Below, piece after piece: positions 33,846 to 48,139 of a stretch of DNA of 64,000 bases (position 1 is its first letter; the number at the start of each line of letters is the position of its first letter). The DNA is taken from contig CP068257.2 in NCBI GenBank assembly GCA_009914755.4, positions 37,696,001-37,760,000 on the forward strand. Direction: 5' to 3'. The translations under genes and the position numbers were made by a program. A model generated the notes under the pieces. The model worked only from the letters and a program-made list of their open reading frames with translations, was not told the DNA's origin and did not search any database. Source of the stretch: the human T2T-CHM13v2.0 reference genome, Homo sapiens.

Positions 33846-35626
33846 CTATGATAGAATAAGAATATATTTTAAGTACATGCTTTACTCCTTATTTACATTT
33901 TGTTTTACTTTTTCCCCTTCATGTCAGACAAGTAATGTGCCCAGTGGTGCTGACTTCATAGTAAGGTTTGAGAGAGGGACATCTCACACATGAGCGTGAA
34001 ACCCCAATCTTCAAGCTTATGAAAGGATCTCATTTTGTATAGACTGTATCCATAACAGCTGTCATATTAATGTCTATCACACATCAGTTGATACACCTAT
34101 TACATGAGACAACTTAAGGTCCACCCCAGTAATCAGGAAAACAACGTATGCTAAGGAGATTTTAATAGTACTTGCATGTCAAGCCTCATTAGACATATGA
34201 CAAATCCTAAAGCCCGAGCTATATTTCACCACTGTCGCCATCATCCACTATTCCCTACAGTTCCACATGACAGGACAATGTCATGAAGTTGAATACCGGA
34301 GGAGTCTCGTCGACCGTATTCCCACCCATCCCCAAATTTGTTGTGAACTTCAACAATACTGTCCTCACAAGACCTTAACCCTCACATTAAGACCAATCAC
34401 CTGAAAAAAAGCACCATGCCGTACGGTCAGGTTGACTATCCTGCTACAGTTAATCCCTTCATATCATATAATGAGGAACTAAAAGGATCAGTTTTGAATT
34501 TATCACTTTCATTTAGGTGTTTGAAGAATCTGAAAAGCACAGGTATTAATATGACCATACTAACTTGATACATTAAGTTCAAAATTTAAGCCATGTTAAA
34601 GAAACATAAAAATACTTTTAGATACCATCCATCAATACTGAGAAGAAAGCTTAACATTTATTCCTTGTTAGTAAGTATACAGCAGCAGCTAAATTAGTTT
34701 AGCCCCCAGCGGGTGGTATAAAAGACCCATACGGATACTGACCAATTACTTGAATTAAAGGGCCATAAAGACAAGCAAGTAGAGCTCACAACTTCAATGC
34801 TAACATGGGCGGAAAAATCACTGCAGGGTGTTCTGTACTAATAGTAGGATTCCACAGACAGCATAATGACTTTTAATACTTCAACATCCTTTGAGTAACA
34901 AATGATAAATGTATTTGAGACAAAACTGCTACTACACACATTGCTATCACAAAGTTTCACAATCACTTCTGTATTTAAGAACTACTCTTTTGTAGTCTGA
35001 TTTCTAAAGATTTCTCATTAATTTCATAATCATTCCAATACAAAAAATACAAAACTGGGAAACAGTTAAAATAGAATACATAATACCTTGGACTTGAAAT
35101 AATACCACGTGTAACCATTATCAGCTGAAAAGCTAGATTAAAAAAAAATCAATCAAGTTTCCCGAAGTATAATGTTTGGACCTTCAAAATATTTAGTTCT
35201 AGGGAAAGATACAAGTCAGAAGCACACACAGTGACAAGATATGCCTTGAAAACATGTCTACTGTGTAGTATGATAATCGATACACCAAGTGCTTACGTTC
35301 TGTTTAGACTTCAAAGTCTGATCAACCATGAAGTCAAAGGTGTATTACAGAAACGAGATGTAAAAATGAACAAATCCCTTCTGCCCTTTTTCCTTTTGGG
35401 AAAACTGACCTCATAGGCTCGTTCCTCAACAAACACTGACATGAAGACTTACCTGTTGGCCTCTCAATTACATCTGATGTCCCAAACCCACTGAGAGTAA
35501 AACTTGGAACTGTTTTCATTAAAAAATTCACTTTACAGTAGATCTCAAGATGGACAAAGATAAATAAGGAAAGAAACAAGAAAAATGTAAAGAGGGAAAC
35601 AGGCAGATATTTCAGCCAATTAGTTT

Positions 35627-35653
35627 AAAACACACACACACACACACACACAC
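35627..35653. repeat. (CA)n microsatellite in HMGN1 intron 4
   Basis: Direct read. Confidence 0.9.
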
Positions 35654-36865
35654 AATAAAAAAAGATAGGTAATAGTATACTGCTCACGCCAACATTTTTA
35701 ACAAGGTCAGCTAATTTTTTAGGCCTTCAAGTTTCCGTGCTGTTCTAACTGTATACAGAGAATTACCACATGGTCTTCTGGTAATGAGAAATTTAAAGTT
35801 GAAAAATACTATTCTCATACCTTCCGTGAAGCTTTATTTTTAAAAGGATCACAAAAACAGAACTTTCTGTTAAAGAAAACATAGTTAATATTTTTACACT
35901 CAGCTCTGTAAAAAATTTAAATTAAAAAAGAAAAAACATCTTTGTTTTATACCTTTATTTAACAAGGACAAATTTAGTAATTATCCAACAACTCCTCAAT
36001 GTCAAGGAAATTAATCTTGCCTCTTCTGATGACTGCAGTGCTAAACTTCTACCTACACTTTTAGGAAAGAGGTGAAGGCATTAACAAAAATTTTTTTTGA
36101 GACTTCAAATAGCAAACTCTCACCTAAGTTTTGGATAAAAATTAATCACCCCGCGAAGAACATGTAGAGCTTTACAGGTTTCAATGCTATATCCAAACAC
36201 AAAGCTTATACTTGTTTTACACATGTTCTGCTTTTCCACCCTGCAAGTTATCAAACACACGTACACCCAAAGCCAACTTCATTCTACAGACCTGCAATTC
36301 GAATCATGCAATCACGAATTTGTTAGGGAGCAGCCAAAATCACGGTTTTGTATAACTGCTGATGAACACTTCCAGAGTAGTGGCGGTTATTTTCTCAGAG
36401 ATCACAACTTTTTACCTCCCCACCCCCACCCCGTAAAAAGGTTAAGGCTTCCCGAAGTTGGCTTGGAAACTGTATATATAAAAACTTACACGTTCCCTTT
36501 CTCCTGGCCTCGGTGCTATCTTGACTCTTTTATTGTCAAAAAAGGAAGTACAAGCACGAATTAAAAGCCAAGCACCAGCCACAATGTACGCAACGCAAAG
36601 AATAAATTTCCTTTGTAGACTTAATATTTAATATTTTTTGTCGTCCTAAGTCTCCTAACATCTGCAGCAGCATTAGTGTGATATAGTTCTATAAACCAGG
36701 ATGAATATATCCATTACATTTTTGCCTCGACCACTAGAAAAATTATTTACCGTAATTATTAAAGTATAAATAAAGCTCCAATAGCTAATCAAAATGGAAG
36801 CCCCGCATTAAGAAGCAGTGTAGCCTAAGGCCCCGCTGCATCCCAATGCGCGTTTCGAGGCTTAC

Positions 36866-36913
36866 CTTCGCTGCTGCCTTTTTCGGCTTCGCTTCCACTT
36901 TTGCAGGAGGTTT
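36866..36913 (-). CDS. HMGN1: HMGN1 coding exon 4 (KPPAKVEAKPKKAAAK), 48 nt
   Basis: Minus-strand acceptor ctttcag|AAA and donor AAG|gtaagc. Confidence 0.93.
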
Positions 36914-36995
36914 CTGAAAGGCAAAAGCAGCACTGAGCGTCCTCACCCGGGACGACCCGCGGAAAACGAACGGTTACGGGGCTCGCTTTACTTAC

Positions 36996-37025
36996 AGCTG
37001 ACAACCGCGCCGATCTCCTCTTGGG
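36996..37025 (-). CDS. HMGN1: HMGN1 coding exon 3 (PKRRSARLSA), 30 nt: core of the nucleosome-binding domain
   Basis: Minus-strand acceptor tctccaag|CCC and donor GCT|gtaagt. Confidence 0.93.
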
Positions 37026-37118
37026 CTTGGAGAAAGAAAAAGGAGAGTCAGCGAGAAGAGAAGGCAGGCCAGCGGCTCACGGGAAACCCACCACCCCCCG
37101 CAGAAGGCCCGCACTCAC

Positions 37119-37151
37119 CTCTTCCTTGGCGGCGCCTTCGGCGGAGCTGAC
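37119..37151 (-). CDS. HMGN1: HMGN1 coding exon 2 (VSSAEGAAKEE), 33 nt
   Basis: Minus-strand acceptor tccgcag|GTC and donor GAG|gtgagt. Confidence 0.93.
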
Positions 37152-37476
37152 CTGCGGAGACGGAGACGCACGAATAGAGGCGGGCCGCAGTCCCAGGACT
37201 CGCGGGCCCGCCCGGCCCCGAGAACAATGCCCGGCCGCGTGACGTCACGGCTTCCCGCCGCCCCGTTCGAATAGCCCCCTCAGCTCCCCCGGCCGCCAAA
37301 CGTTCCAGAACGCCCGCCCCCGCGGCCGCCGAGCGCTCGCCTGCCCGCCCGCCGGTCTCCAAGCGCCTCCCGGGCCCGTCGCCACCGTGGGTGCAACGGG
37401 GCCTGGGCCTCGCGGGGCCCGGCGGGGCGCCGGCGGCGGCTCCAGGGGGCGTGTGCGGGCCGCGGCCGCCGCTCAC

Positions 37477-37491
37477 CTTCCTCTTGGGCAT
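37477..37491 (-). CDS. HMGN1: HMGN1 exon 1 coding part (MPKRK), 15 nt
   Basis: Minus strand ccgccacgATGCCCAAGAGGAAG|gtgagc. The MPKRK-only first coding exon is the hallmark of HMGN genes. Together the six exons give exactly the 100-aa HMGN1 protein. Confidence 0.93.
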
Positions 37492-37690
37492 CGTGGCGGC
37501 GGGGAAGGCGCGTGCCGGGTGCCTGCGGGGAAGGCGCGTGCCGGGTGCCTGCGGGCCGCGGCGCGCCGACAGCCTTCGCGAAACTGGGCTGCCTTGCCGC
37601 TGCCACTCCTCCCGCCGCCCGAGCTGCTGAGACCCACAGCGGGGGCGGTGGGAGAACCGGATGGAACCGGATTGGGAGCCCGCCTCCTCC
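37492..37690 (-). other. HMGN1: HMGN1 5'UTR / transcription start region (TSS not resolvable by eye)
   Basis: GC-rich leader upstream of the ATG. Contains a 26-bp perfect tandem duplication. Confidence 0.45.
37502..37553. repeat. 26-bp perfect tandem duplication (gggaaggcgcgtgccgggtgcctgcg x2) in the HMGN1 5' leader
   Basis: Direct read at 37502-37527 and 37528-37553, identical copies. Confidence 0.9.
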
Positions 37691-38127
37691 TCCCCCCGCG
37701 TCCCCGGCCGCGGGCTCCCCCTCCCCGCCGGCCGGGCCGCCCCCCACCCCCGCCCATTGGCTACGGGACTCAGCCCGCGCCCGGAATAGGTGAGGCGGGC
37801 CGTCACTCGATCCCGCACCCCGCCCCCTCCCGGGCGCCCCCCCCGGGCGCCCCCACCCCTTTCCGCCGTCTCGCGGGGCCCCAGACCCAGGCGAAGGGGG
37901 CGGGGTCCCAGTGGCGCTCCGGCCTCACGGTAGTTTGAAGCCGAGCCGCAAAGTGCGGTCTGCGCGCTGATTGGCGGACGCACGTCACGGGACCGCGGGT
38001 CCCCACCCACAATTCTTCTGGATACCTGGGCGCCTTCAGGCCACTGGTATCTGGCCCCTCCCCTCCGGGGTGAATTGGGTTCGAACATTTATAGTTCGTA
38101 TCTTAGACTGGGAAGGGAGAAGGATAA

Positions 38128-38655
<528 letters not shown>

Positions 38656-39589
38656 TGAGAGCCGTGCGCGACCGTCTCCAGCACTCGCGGACCCCCAGAG
38701 GGCTGTTTTATTTTCTCCATAGCATTGATTGAATATATATCCTTATACATTCCATATATATCTCAGGAAGAATACACAAGGAAGTGGTACCAGCGGTTGC
38801 CTCTGGGGAAAAGTGGGAAGATTGAGGGTAAAATTTCCCTTTTCTCGTGTGTAATTTTTTTTCACTTTCCTATCTGCATGGATTACCTTAAAAAAATTCA
38901 ACATCAGAGAGTACCCAAGTTTGTGGCACAAGCATGTACTGAGCACCTGCCCTGTGGCAGGCACCGTGAAGTCCCTGGGGTAGAGAGAATCCAGGTTTGT
39001 ATCCCAAGCACTGGGTCTAGTAATTTAGTGGGGAGAGAAAGTACCCAATTGGCCTAGTAAAGAAAGGGGAAGCCATCGGCAGGGGGGGTCAGCATATTTC
39101 AAGGCATGCTGACTTGCTAGAGTGTGGCAGCCCACCAAGACCTTTAAAGTGGCAGGGATGGAGATACGAAAAATGGACGTAAAGATCAGGGAAAAGAGGC
39201 AGAAAAAAAGAAGAGCAGCCCGTCATGAAGTTCGATCATTATCCAAAGATTGAGGGATACTGCAAGGTCTTAAGCAAGCGAACTCTATGCTTTTGGACTT
39301 ACCTCATAAAGAACTTTCTCCCATAAGAACCGAAGATGCGCTAGGCCAGAGGTGACAACTGATGGTCCACAGGTGTTTTATTTGGCCTAGTTTTTTTTAA
39401 GTTGCCAACACAAACAAATGGAGCAGCCAGAACTCAAATGAAAAACTATTTGGCAGTAGATTCCACTACTCATCAGCATGGGGGTTTTGACCTGCTCCGT
39501 TTCTGACCTGACCCCTTCATAGGCAAACCTGTGGGTCTTTTGCTCCGTGGAAAGTCACCATAATGATGCTAACGACCTGATCAGCATAA

Positions 39590-39685
39590 CACACTATAGC
39601 CCAGAACTGGATTCAAGCAATCCTCCTGCCTCAGGTTCCCAAGTGGTTGGAACTACAGGCATGTGCCACCATGTCCAATTGGCAG
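39590..39685 (-). mobile_element. Partial Alu fragment, antisense
   Basis: ...gattcaagcaatcctcctgcctcaggttcccaagtggttggaactacaggcatgtgccaccatg. Confidence 0.55.
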
Positions 39686-40188
39686 TATGTTTTAAACCTA
39701 AACAGACACTTTCAGGACTCAGTCATTCCACTCCTAGAAAGGTACACAACAAAAATGCTTATATATTTTCACCAGAAGACATGAAATAGAATATTTATAG
39801 CCGAAAAATTTGTTATAAGCCCAAACAGAGAGCAACCTAAACGCCAGTCAACAGAAGAATAGATGAATAAATGGAAGACCGTCAGCAATGAAAATGACCC
39901 ATATGCAACTACATACAACAATGTGGGTTAATTTTACTAGCATAATGTTGAGAGAAAGATACCAGATCCAAAAGTGTGTATACTGTGTGATTGTATTCAT
40001 GTAACGTACAAAAGCAGGCAAAACTAATCCAGTCTGTTAGAAGTCAGGTTAGTGCTTCCTGGTTGGGGTTGAGGTGGGGAGCTAGCGACTGGAGGAGAGA
40101 GCAATGGAAAAATTTGAGGGGCTGGCTATTCATGCTCGATTTCTTGATCTGGATGTTGGTTGCACTGTGTTCACTTCATGAATACTAA

Positions 40189-40547
<359 letters not shown>

Positions 40548-40865
40548 GTATTTTTTCAACATGTCAGAGTCAGAAATTTTCACTTACAAATTTAGCTCTT
40601 CCACTTCTCTTGGCGTCCTTTGGGCGTGCGTTCCACAGACTGCACTTGACCTTGTATCTTGTAAGGAGGTGTTCTTTCTCCAGCTGCCAAGGTTCCAGAC
40701 CTGCTGATTTCACTCCTTTGTATTTCCTACTGGGCTTCTGGAGGAATTTTAGTTTGTGATGCCCGCATATATGTGTAGGTTATATATAGATATCACCTTT
40801 TACATTTTCATTTAGTTTTGGACGATGTGTTTCTGTGATTCAAATTCCAAAGATTCCATTCTGGG

Positions 40866-41077
40866 CAACAACACAAGACCCCGTCTCTACAAAATTAAAA
40901 AAAAAAAAATTAGCTGGGTGTGTGGCACACACGTGCATTTCCAGTTACTCAAAACGCTGTGGTGGAAGGATCACTTGAGCCCAGGAGGTCGAGGCTGCAG
41001 TGAGCTATGATTGTGCAGTCCACTGCACTCAAGCCTGGGTGGCAGAGTGAAATCCTGTCTTAAAGGAAAAAAAAATT
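40866..41077 (+). mobile_element. Alu SINE, sense, 5'-truncated
   Basis: Begins mid-left arm (...gaccccgtctctacaaaattaaaaaa...). Confidence 0.75.
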
Positions 41078-41693
41078 CCAAAGGAACAAAAAAATTTCCA
41101 GAGAAGTCTGCCTTCTGCTTCTGTTCCCCCTGGCTATCTACTTCTAAGAAGAAACCAATGTTGCTGCTTCTTAGGTATCCCTCTTGAGATATTTTGTGGA
41201 AGCAAATTAATATATGTTCTTTTCTTCCTCCTTTATTTTTACACTGTTTGGTACCCATGCATTTTCACTTAACAATAGAGATTGTTTTTTATCACTTCTT
41301 TACAAATTATTCTTTTTTTGTATTACTGCATTGTATTCCACCATATAGATGGAACAAACATTGTTAAAAATTGTGACAAAGTACATATAACATTTATCAC
41401 CTCAAACATTTTCAGTGAAAAGAAGAATGAAAATGAGTGAGGAAAGTTTATGAAACTTATGGGACAACTCAATGCAGCCAATATGTGCGTTATGGGAATC
41501 CAAGAAGGAGCACAGAAAGAGAAAGGGATGGAAAACTTACACTTGAGGAAATAATGACAGAAAAATTCCCAAATCTGGAGAGGAAAACAAACATCCATCC
41601 CCATGAAGCCTATAATACTGAAAATACTTGAGCATAATGAGGTTCTTGAGACACATAATCAACTTGTCAAAAGTCAAACACAAAGGATCTTGG

Positions 41694-42145
<452 letters not shown>

Positions 42146-42516
42146 CTATACTTGGCAAAGCTGTCAGAAATCAAGCAGAGATAGACTTCCCAGACAAACA
42201 AAAGCTGAAGGAGTTCATCACCACTAGACCTGCTTTAGAAGAAATGCTAAACAGAGTTGTTCAAGTTCAAATGAAAGGATGCTAATTAGCAACATGAAAA
42301 CATATGAAGGTATAAAACTCACGGGTAAAGGTAAGTATAATCAAATTCAGAATATTCATACTGTAATGGTGGCATATAAATTTTAATTCTAGTATAAAAA
42401 AAGACAAAAGTATTATTATATAACTATAAAAATTGTTAGTGATTACACAGTATAAAAGATATACATTGTGATATCAATAAAATAAATGTGGGAGGGAAGA
42501 AGTAAAAGTGTAGAGC

Positions 42517-42822
42517 TTTTTTTTTTTTTTTTTTTTTTGAGACGGAGTCTCACTCTGTCTCCCAGACTGAAGTGCAGTGGCGTGATCTTGGCTCACCGCA
42601 AGCTCTGCCTCCCAGGTGCACACCATTCTCCTGCCTCAGCCTCCTGAGTACCTGGGACTACCGGCACCCACCACCACGCCTGGCTAATTTTTTTTGTATT
42701 TTTTTAGTAGAGACGGGGTTTCACCATGTTAGCCAGCATGGTGTCGATCTCCTGACCTCGTGATCCACCCGCCTTGGCCTCCCAAAGTGCTGGGATTACA
42801 GGCATGAGCACTGCGCCCAGCC
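42517..42822 (-). mobile_element. Alu SINE (AluY-like), antisense, nested in L1
   Basis: T24 head, ...cctgacctcgtgatccacccgcc... Confidence 0.9.
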
Positions 42823-43015
42823 AGAACTTTTATATGCAATTGAAAATATCAGCTTTGACTGTTATAAGTGTAAGATGTTTTATGTAAGCCTCATGGTAAT
42901 CACAAAGCAAAAACTGGTAGTAGATACACAAAAGACAAAGATAAAATAATCAAAGCATGCCACCACAAAAATCATGACATTAAAAGGAAGTAGTAAGAGA
43001 AGAAAGAAACAAAGG

Positions 43016-43320
43016 TGGCCAGGCGTGGTGGCTCACGCCTGTAATCCCAGCACTTTGGGAGGCTGAGGCTGACAGATGACTGGAGGTCAGGAGTTCAAGA
43101 CCAGCCTGGCCAATACAGTGAAACACCGTTTCTACTAAAAATACAAAAATTAGCCAGGCATGGTGGCACATGCCTATGATCCCAGCTACTCAGGAGGCTG
43201 AGGCAGGAGAATCACTTTAACCTAGGAGGCAGAGTTTGCAGTGAGCCGAGATCGTGCCACTACCCTCCAGCCTGGGTGACAGACTGAGACTGCATCTCAA
43301 AAGAAGGAAAAAAAAAAACA
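43016..43320 (+). mobile_element. Alu SINE, sense, nested in L1
   Basis: Consensus. TSD aaacaaagg. Confidence 0.9.
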
Positions 43321-43434
43321 AAGGAACTACCAAACAGAAAACAATGAACAAGATGGTAGTGGTAAATCCTCCTATATCACTAATTACCTTAAATGAAAAT
43401 TGATTCATTTCTCCAATCAAAAGACATAGAGTGA

Positions 43435-43612
43435 GCCAGGCATAGTGGTGTGTGCCTGTAATCTCAGCTGTCAGCTGCTTAGAAGGCTGAGGCAGGAGAA
43501 TCCCTTGAGGCCAGGAGTTTGGGGCTGTAGTATGCTGTAAGTGTTCCTGAGAATAGCCACTACACTTTAGCCTGGGCAACATAGTGAGACTTAATCTCCA
43601 AAAAACAAAGAC
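43435..43612 (+). mobile_element. Partial Alu (FRAM-like), sense
   Basis: ...gtggtgtgtgcctgtaatctcagctg...cactacactttagcctgggcaacatagtgagac. Confidence 0.6.
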
Positions 43613-44152
43613 ATAGAATGACTGAATGAATAAAAATTTAAAGATAGACATAGGCTGAAAGTGAAGGGATAGAAAAAGATACTCCATGCAAATGGTAATC
43701 AAAAGAGAGCAGGAGTGGTTATACCATCAAAAAAATATACTTTAAGTCAAGATGTCACAAGAGACAAAAAAGATCATTGTGTGATGAAGGGTCAAATGAT
43801 CAAGAGAATATAAGAATTGTAAATATGTATGCACCCTACATTAGAACACCTAAATGTATAAAACAAATATTAATGGAATTGAAGGATGAAATAGACAACA
43901 ATACAATAATAGTGGGAAATTTGAATACTTCACTTTCAACAATGGATAGATAATCTAGACAAAAAAGAGAAACAGTGGACTTGAACAACCACTATAACCA
44001 ATAGAGCGGACATACACAGAACATTCCATCTAACAGCAGCAGAACACACATCTTCTCAAATGCACATGTAACATTTCCTAGGATAGATCATATATTGGGC
44101 AGCGAAACAAAACTTTCCTTTTATAAAGTTTAAACAAATTTAAGAAAATTGA

Positions 44153-44457
<305 letters not shown>

Positions 44458-44731
44458 TGAAGATTGAAATTATATCAAATATCTTTTTTCTCACCACAAT
44501 ACTATGAAACTGGAAATCAATAATAGGAGGAAAATTGAAAAACTCACAAATATGTGGAAGTTAAATAGCACACTCCTAAACAACCAATAGATCAAAGAAG
44601 AAATCAAATAAGAAAAAAAATCTTGAGACAAATTAAAATGGAAACACAACATACCAAAACTTACGGGATGCAGTAAAAGCTGTTCAAAGAGGGACATTTA
44701 TTGCACTAAACGCCTACATTAAGAAAAAAAG

Positions 44732-45038
<307 letters not shown>

Positions 45039-45064
45039 TCTCAAACATCTTAATATTCACCTCA

Positions 45065-45475
<411 letters not shown>

Positions 45476-46019
45476 TCAATGATAGTAATAGTTGGATTTT
45501 TAAAAAGATAAACAAGATTGGCAAACCTTTAGCTAGCCTAAGGATAAAAGAACACGCAAATAGATAAAATTATAAAAGAAAGAAGAGACATTACAGCAGA
45601 TACCACAGAAATACAAAGGCTCATAAGATACTACTATTAATAATTACATGCCAACAATTTGCATAACCTAGAAGAAATGAATAGATTCCTAGAAACGTAC
45701 ATCCTACCAAGACTGAACCATGAAGAAAGAAAAAATTTAAACGGATCAATATGGGTAAGGAGATTGAATCAGTAATCAAAATCTCCCAATGAAGAAAAGC
45801 CCATGATCAGATTGCTTCACTGGTCAATTTTACCAGACATTTAATGAAGAATTAATGCCAATCCTTCTCAAAGTCTTCCAAAAAACTGAAAAAAAAGGAG
45901 CGTTTCTAAACTCATTTTATGAGCCCATCATTGCCTTAATACCAAAGCCAGCCGTGGACACTGTAAGAAAAGAACATTACAGGCCAATATCCCTGATAAA
46001 CATAAATGCAAATAGAATC

Positions 46020-46385
46020 TAAGCTGGTGGAAAAGTAATTGCGGTTTCAGACCATGAATTTTAAATAATTATAACTAGGCTCAAACACATCTTTGTTAAT
46101 CAAAATAGGAACCATTACAATCAACACATTTTTGCCAATGAGAAACAAGTTTGTCATTCCTTTGGTGTAAAAAATCCATGCTTTGGGATTCGGTGAACTC
46201 TTGGAAAGCATTTTCTGCATTTTGCTGGTTGTGGAAGTGTTTTTCATGCAAAAAGTTGTCGAGATGCTTGAAGGAGTGGTAGTCTATTGGCGGGAGGTCA
46301 GGTGAATATGGCGGATGAGGCAAAACTCTGTAGCCTAATTCATTCAACTTTTGAAGAGTTGGTTGTGCCACGTGCGGTAGGGAGT
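46020..46385 (-). mobile_element. Hsmar1-type mariner 3' fragment: transposase C-terminus plus terminal inverted repeat
   Basis: Minus-strand ORF 46371..46096 translates ...LPHPPYSPDLPPIDYHSFKHLDNFLHEKHFHNQQNAENAFQEFTESQSMDFLHQRNDKLVSHWQKCVDCNGSYFD, the mariner DD(34)D C-terminal block. The reverse complement of 46022-46052 (ggtctgaaaccgcaattacttttccaccag) matches the Hsmar1 ITR. Confidence 0.75.
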
Positions 46386-46509
46386 TGTATTAGTCCATTT
46401 TCACGCTGCTGATAAAGACATACCTGAGACTGGGTAGAAAAACAGGTTTAATTGGACTTACAGTTCTATGTGGCTGGGGAGGCCTCAGAATCATGGCGGG
46501 AGGCAAAAG
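46386..46509 (-). mobile_element. THE1/MST-type MaLR LTR, 3'-terminal ~125 bp, antisense
   Basis: tgtattagtccattttcacgctgctgataaagacatacctgagactgggtag...ggctggggaggcctcagaatcatggcgggaggc is the reverse complement of the THE1 LTR 3' end. Confidence 0.7.
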
Positions 46510-46850
46510 GCACTTCTTTTTTTTGTTTGTTTTTGTTTGAGACAGAGTATCTCTCTGTTGCCCAGGCTAGAATGCAGTGGTGTGACCCCGGCTTACTGCA
46601 ATCTCTGCCTCCCCGGTTCTAAGCGATTCTCCTGCCTCAGCCTCTGGAGTAGCTGGGATTACAGGCACCTGCTACCATGCCCGGCTAATTTTGTCTTTTT
46701 TTTATTTTTATTTTTATTTTTTTTTTTAGTAGAAACAGGGTTTCGCCATGTTGGCCAGGCTGGTCTTGAGCTCATGACCTCAAGTGATCTGCCCTGCTTG
46801 GCCTCCCAAAGTGCTGGGATTACAGGCATGAGCCACTGTGCCTGGCCAGC
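46510..46850 (-). mobile_element. Alu SINE, antisense, with expanded internal T-rich linker
   Basis: Consensus; the linker expanded to ttttgtcttttttttatttttatttttattttttttttt. Confidence 0.85.
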
Positions 46851-46917
46851 ACATTTTTAATCTAATTAGGAAACAACTAAATTCCACCTCAACTTTAGAT
46901 TGGACTTGGGCAGAAGA

Positions 46918-47095
46918 CAGCTGTAATCCCAGCACTTTGGGAGGCTGAGGCTGACAGATGACTTGAGGTCAGGAGTTTCAGACCAGCCTGGCCAACACAG
47001 TGAAACACCATCTCTACTAAAAACACAAAAATTAGCCAGGCATGCTTGTGCATGCCTGTGATTCCAGCTACTTGGGAGGCTGAGGCATACAGGTA
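46918..47095 (+). mobile_element. Alu SINE, sense, truncated at both ends
   Basis: ctgtaatcccagcactttgggaggctgaggctgacagatgacttgaggtcaggagtttcagaccagcctggccaacacagtgaaacacc... Confidence 0.75.
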
Positions 47096-47960
47096 TCAGG
47101 TGAAGCACCTCTATGTTTTGAAAGGCACAATAATAGTCACCACCAGACTAGAACCTGTGATATGGGATTTTTGCCACCTCAACAATGTAGTGAGACCCTT
47201 TTATTAGCAGACCAGATGTGGATGGTATGGCAACATAATTTGCCAAAAATGGATGCCTACCCTTCTCCTTGGGGATGGTTATGGGCTTGCAGAACTCATG
47301 GCTGGCCGTACTTACCTTCTAACTGGACCGGAAGGTGTATGTGTGGTCACCGTTATCTCCCGGGATGTATCCTCACCAAATTGGACTCTCTCCCATCTAA
47401 CTGGGAAATTGTAAAGGCTCGCCATAGGCGACAAAAACAAGCATCTTGGTGGTTCTACCCCATGGCTATGTTTTCCTCACAGGCAGCTACCAAATTACAA
47501 GCTGAAGCCTTAGCCGAGCACACGGTTGCAGCTTTCAGTAATACATGCCATGCTGCCATGCCCTTACCATCCTGAGGAAACTTCTCAGATTAGGCAGGTA
47601 CCCTTACAAAACCGTATGGCTTTGGACATTTTAACAGCCGCCCCAGGAGGAACTTGTGTTTTGATCAAAACTAAATGTTGTGTGTATGTTCCAGACTATT
47701 CACATAACGTTACTCAGGCTATGAAAGCTTTAGACACTCATATCTCTGCCATTGATGCGCTATCAGTCGACCCTATATCGGCTTAGTTCCAACAACTGCC
47801 CAGTTCTTAGAAGGCCTTTCTGTTTAGTTTACTTGGAATTATTTTACTTATTTTGCTTTGCTATTGTGGAATATATTGCGGTTATATTCTTCGTGTAGGA
47901 ATGCAAGACAAGCTTACTTAAATTGGACCCTTATTAAGCTTCCAGATATGACCTTTTGTT
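47096..47960 (+). mobile_element. Endogenous retrovirus (gamma-/class I-like) env remnant: SU C-terminus, furin-like site, TM with immunosuppressive domain and CX6CC
   Basis: Frame-shifted ORFs. ...VKARHRRQKQASW... is a basic cleavage-like site. ...LQNRMALDILTAAPGGTCVLIKTKCCVYVPDYSHNVTQAMKALDTHISAIDALSV... aligns to the retroviral TM ISD/CKS-17 region (cf. syncytin-1 [33 protein letters not shown]). A hydrophobic membrane anchor follows. Confidence 0.7.
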
Positions 47961-48139
47961 GGAACTCAGAGTTATGAACACCCCTCATCATACTGATGCT
48001 TTCTGACTGAGCTCCTCTCTACCCTGAATGCAAGAGACCCAATAATTAGGCAGGAATATCGTCACCCCTATTCAGCCTGAAGGAGTTACAGAAGACAGAT
48101 CTTTGTCCCTCTGCAAACTTTAGGGTTAAGGGTCCTCTT

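Noticed and set aside
33000-36780. Possible additional or alternative HMGN1 exons or a snoRNA in introns 4-5.
   Set aside because: The six exons already account for the full 100-aa protein in frame. No box C/D or H/ACA features were recognised by eye, and I cannot evaluate conservation without an alignment.
37048-38088. A 346-aa minus ORF and overlapping plus ORFs (37387..37938 and others) across the HMGN1 CpG island.
   Set aside because: Same GC-rich artefact. The real HMGN1 coding exons are 15-48 nt pieces inside it, joined by splicing. The long ORF reads through introns.
47162-47786. Two overlapping ORFs (137 and 86 aa) that might be taken for a gene.
   Set aside because: They are frame-shifted pieces of a retroviral env remnant, not an intact or domesticated gene. 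The frame breaks between SU and TM and again before the membrane anchor.
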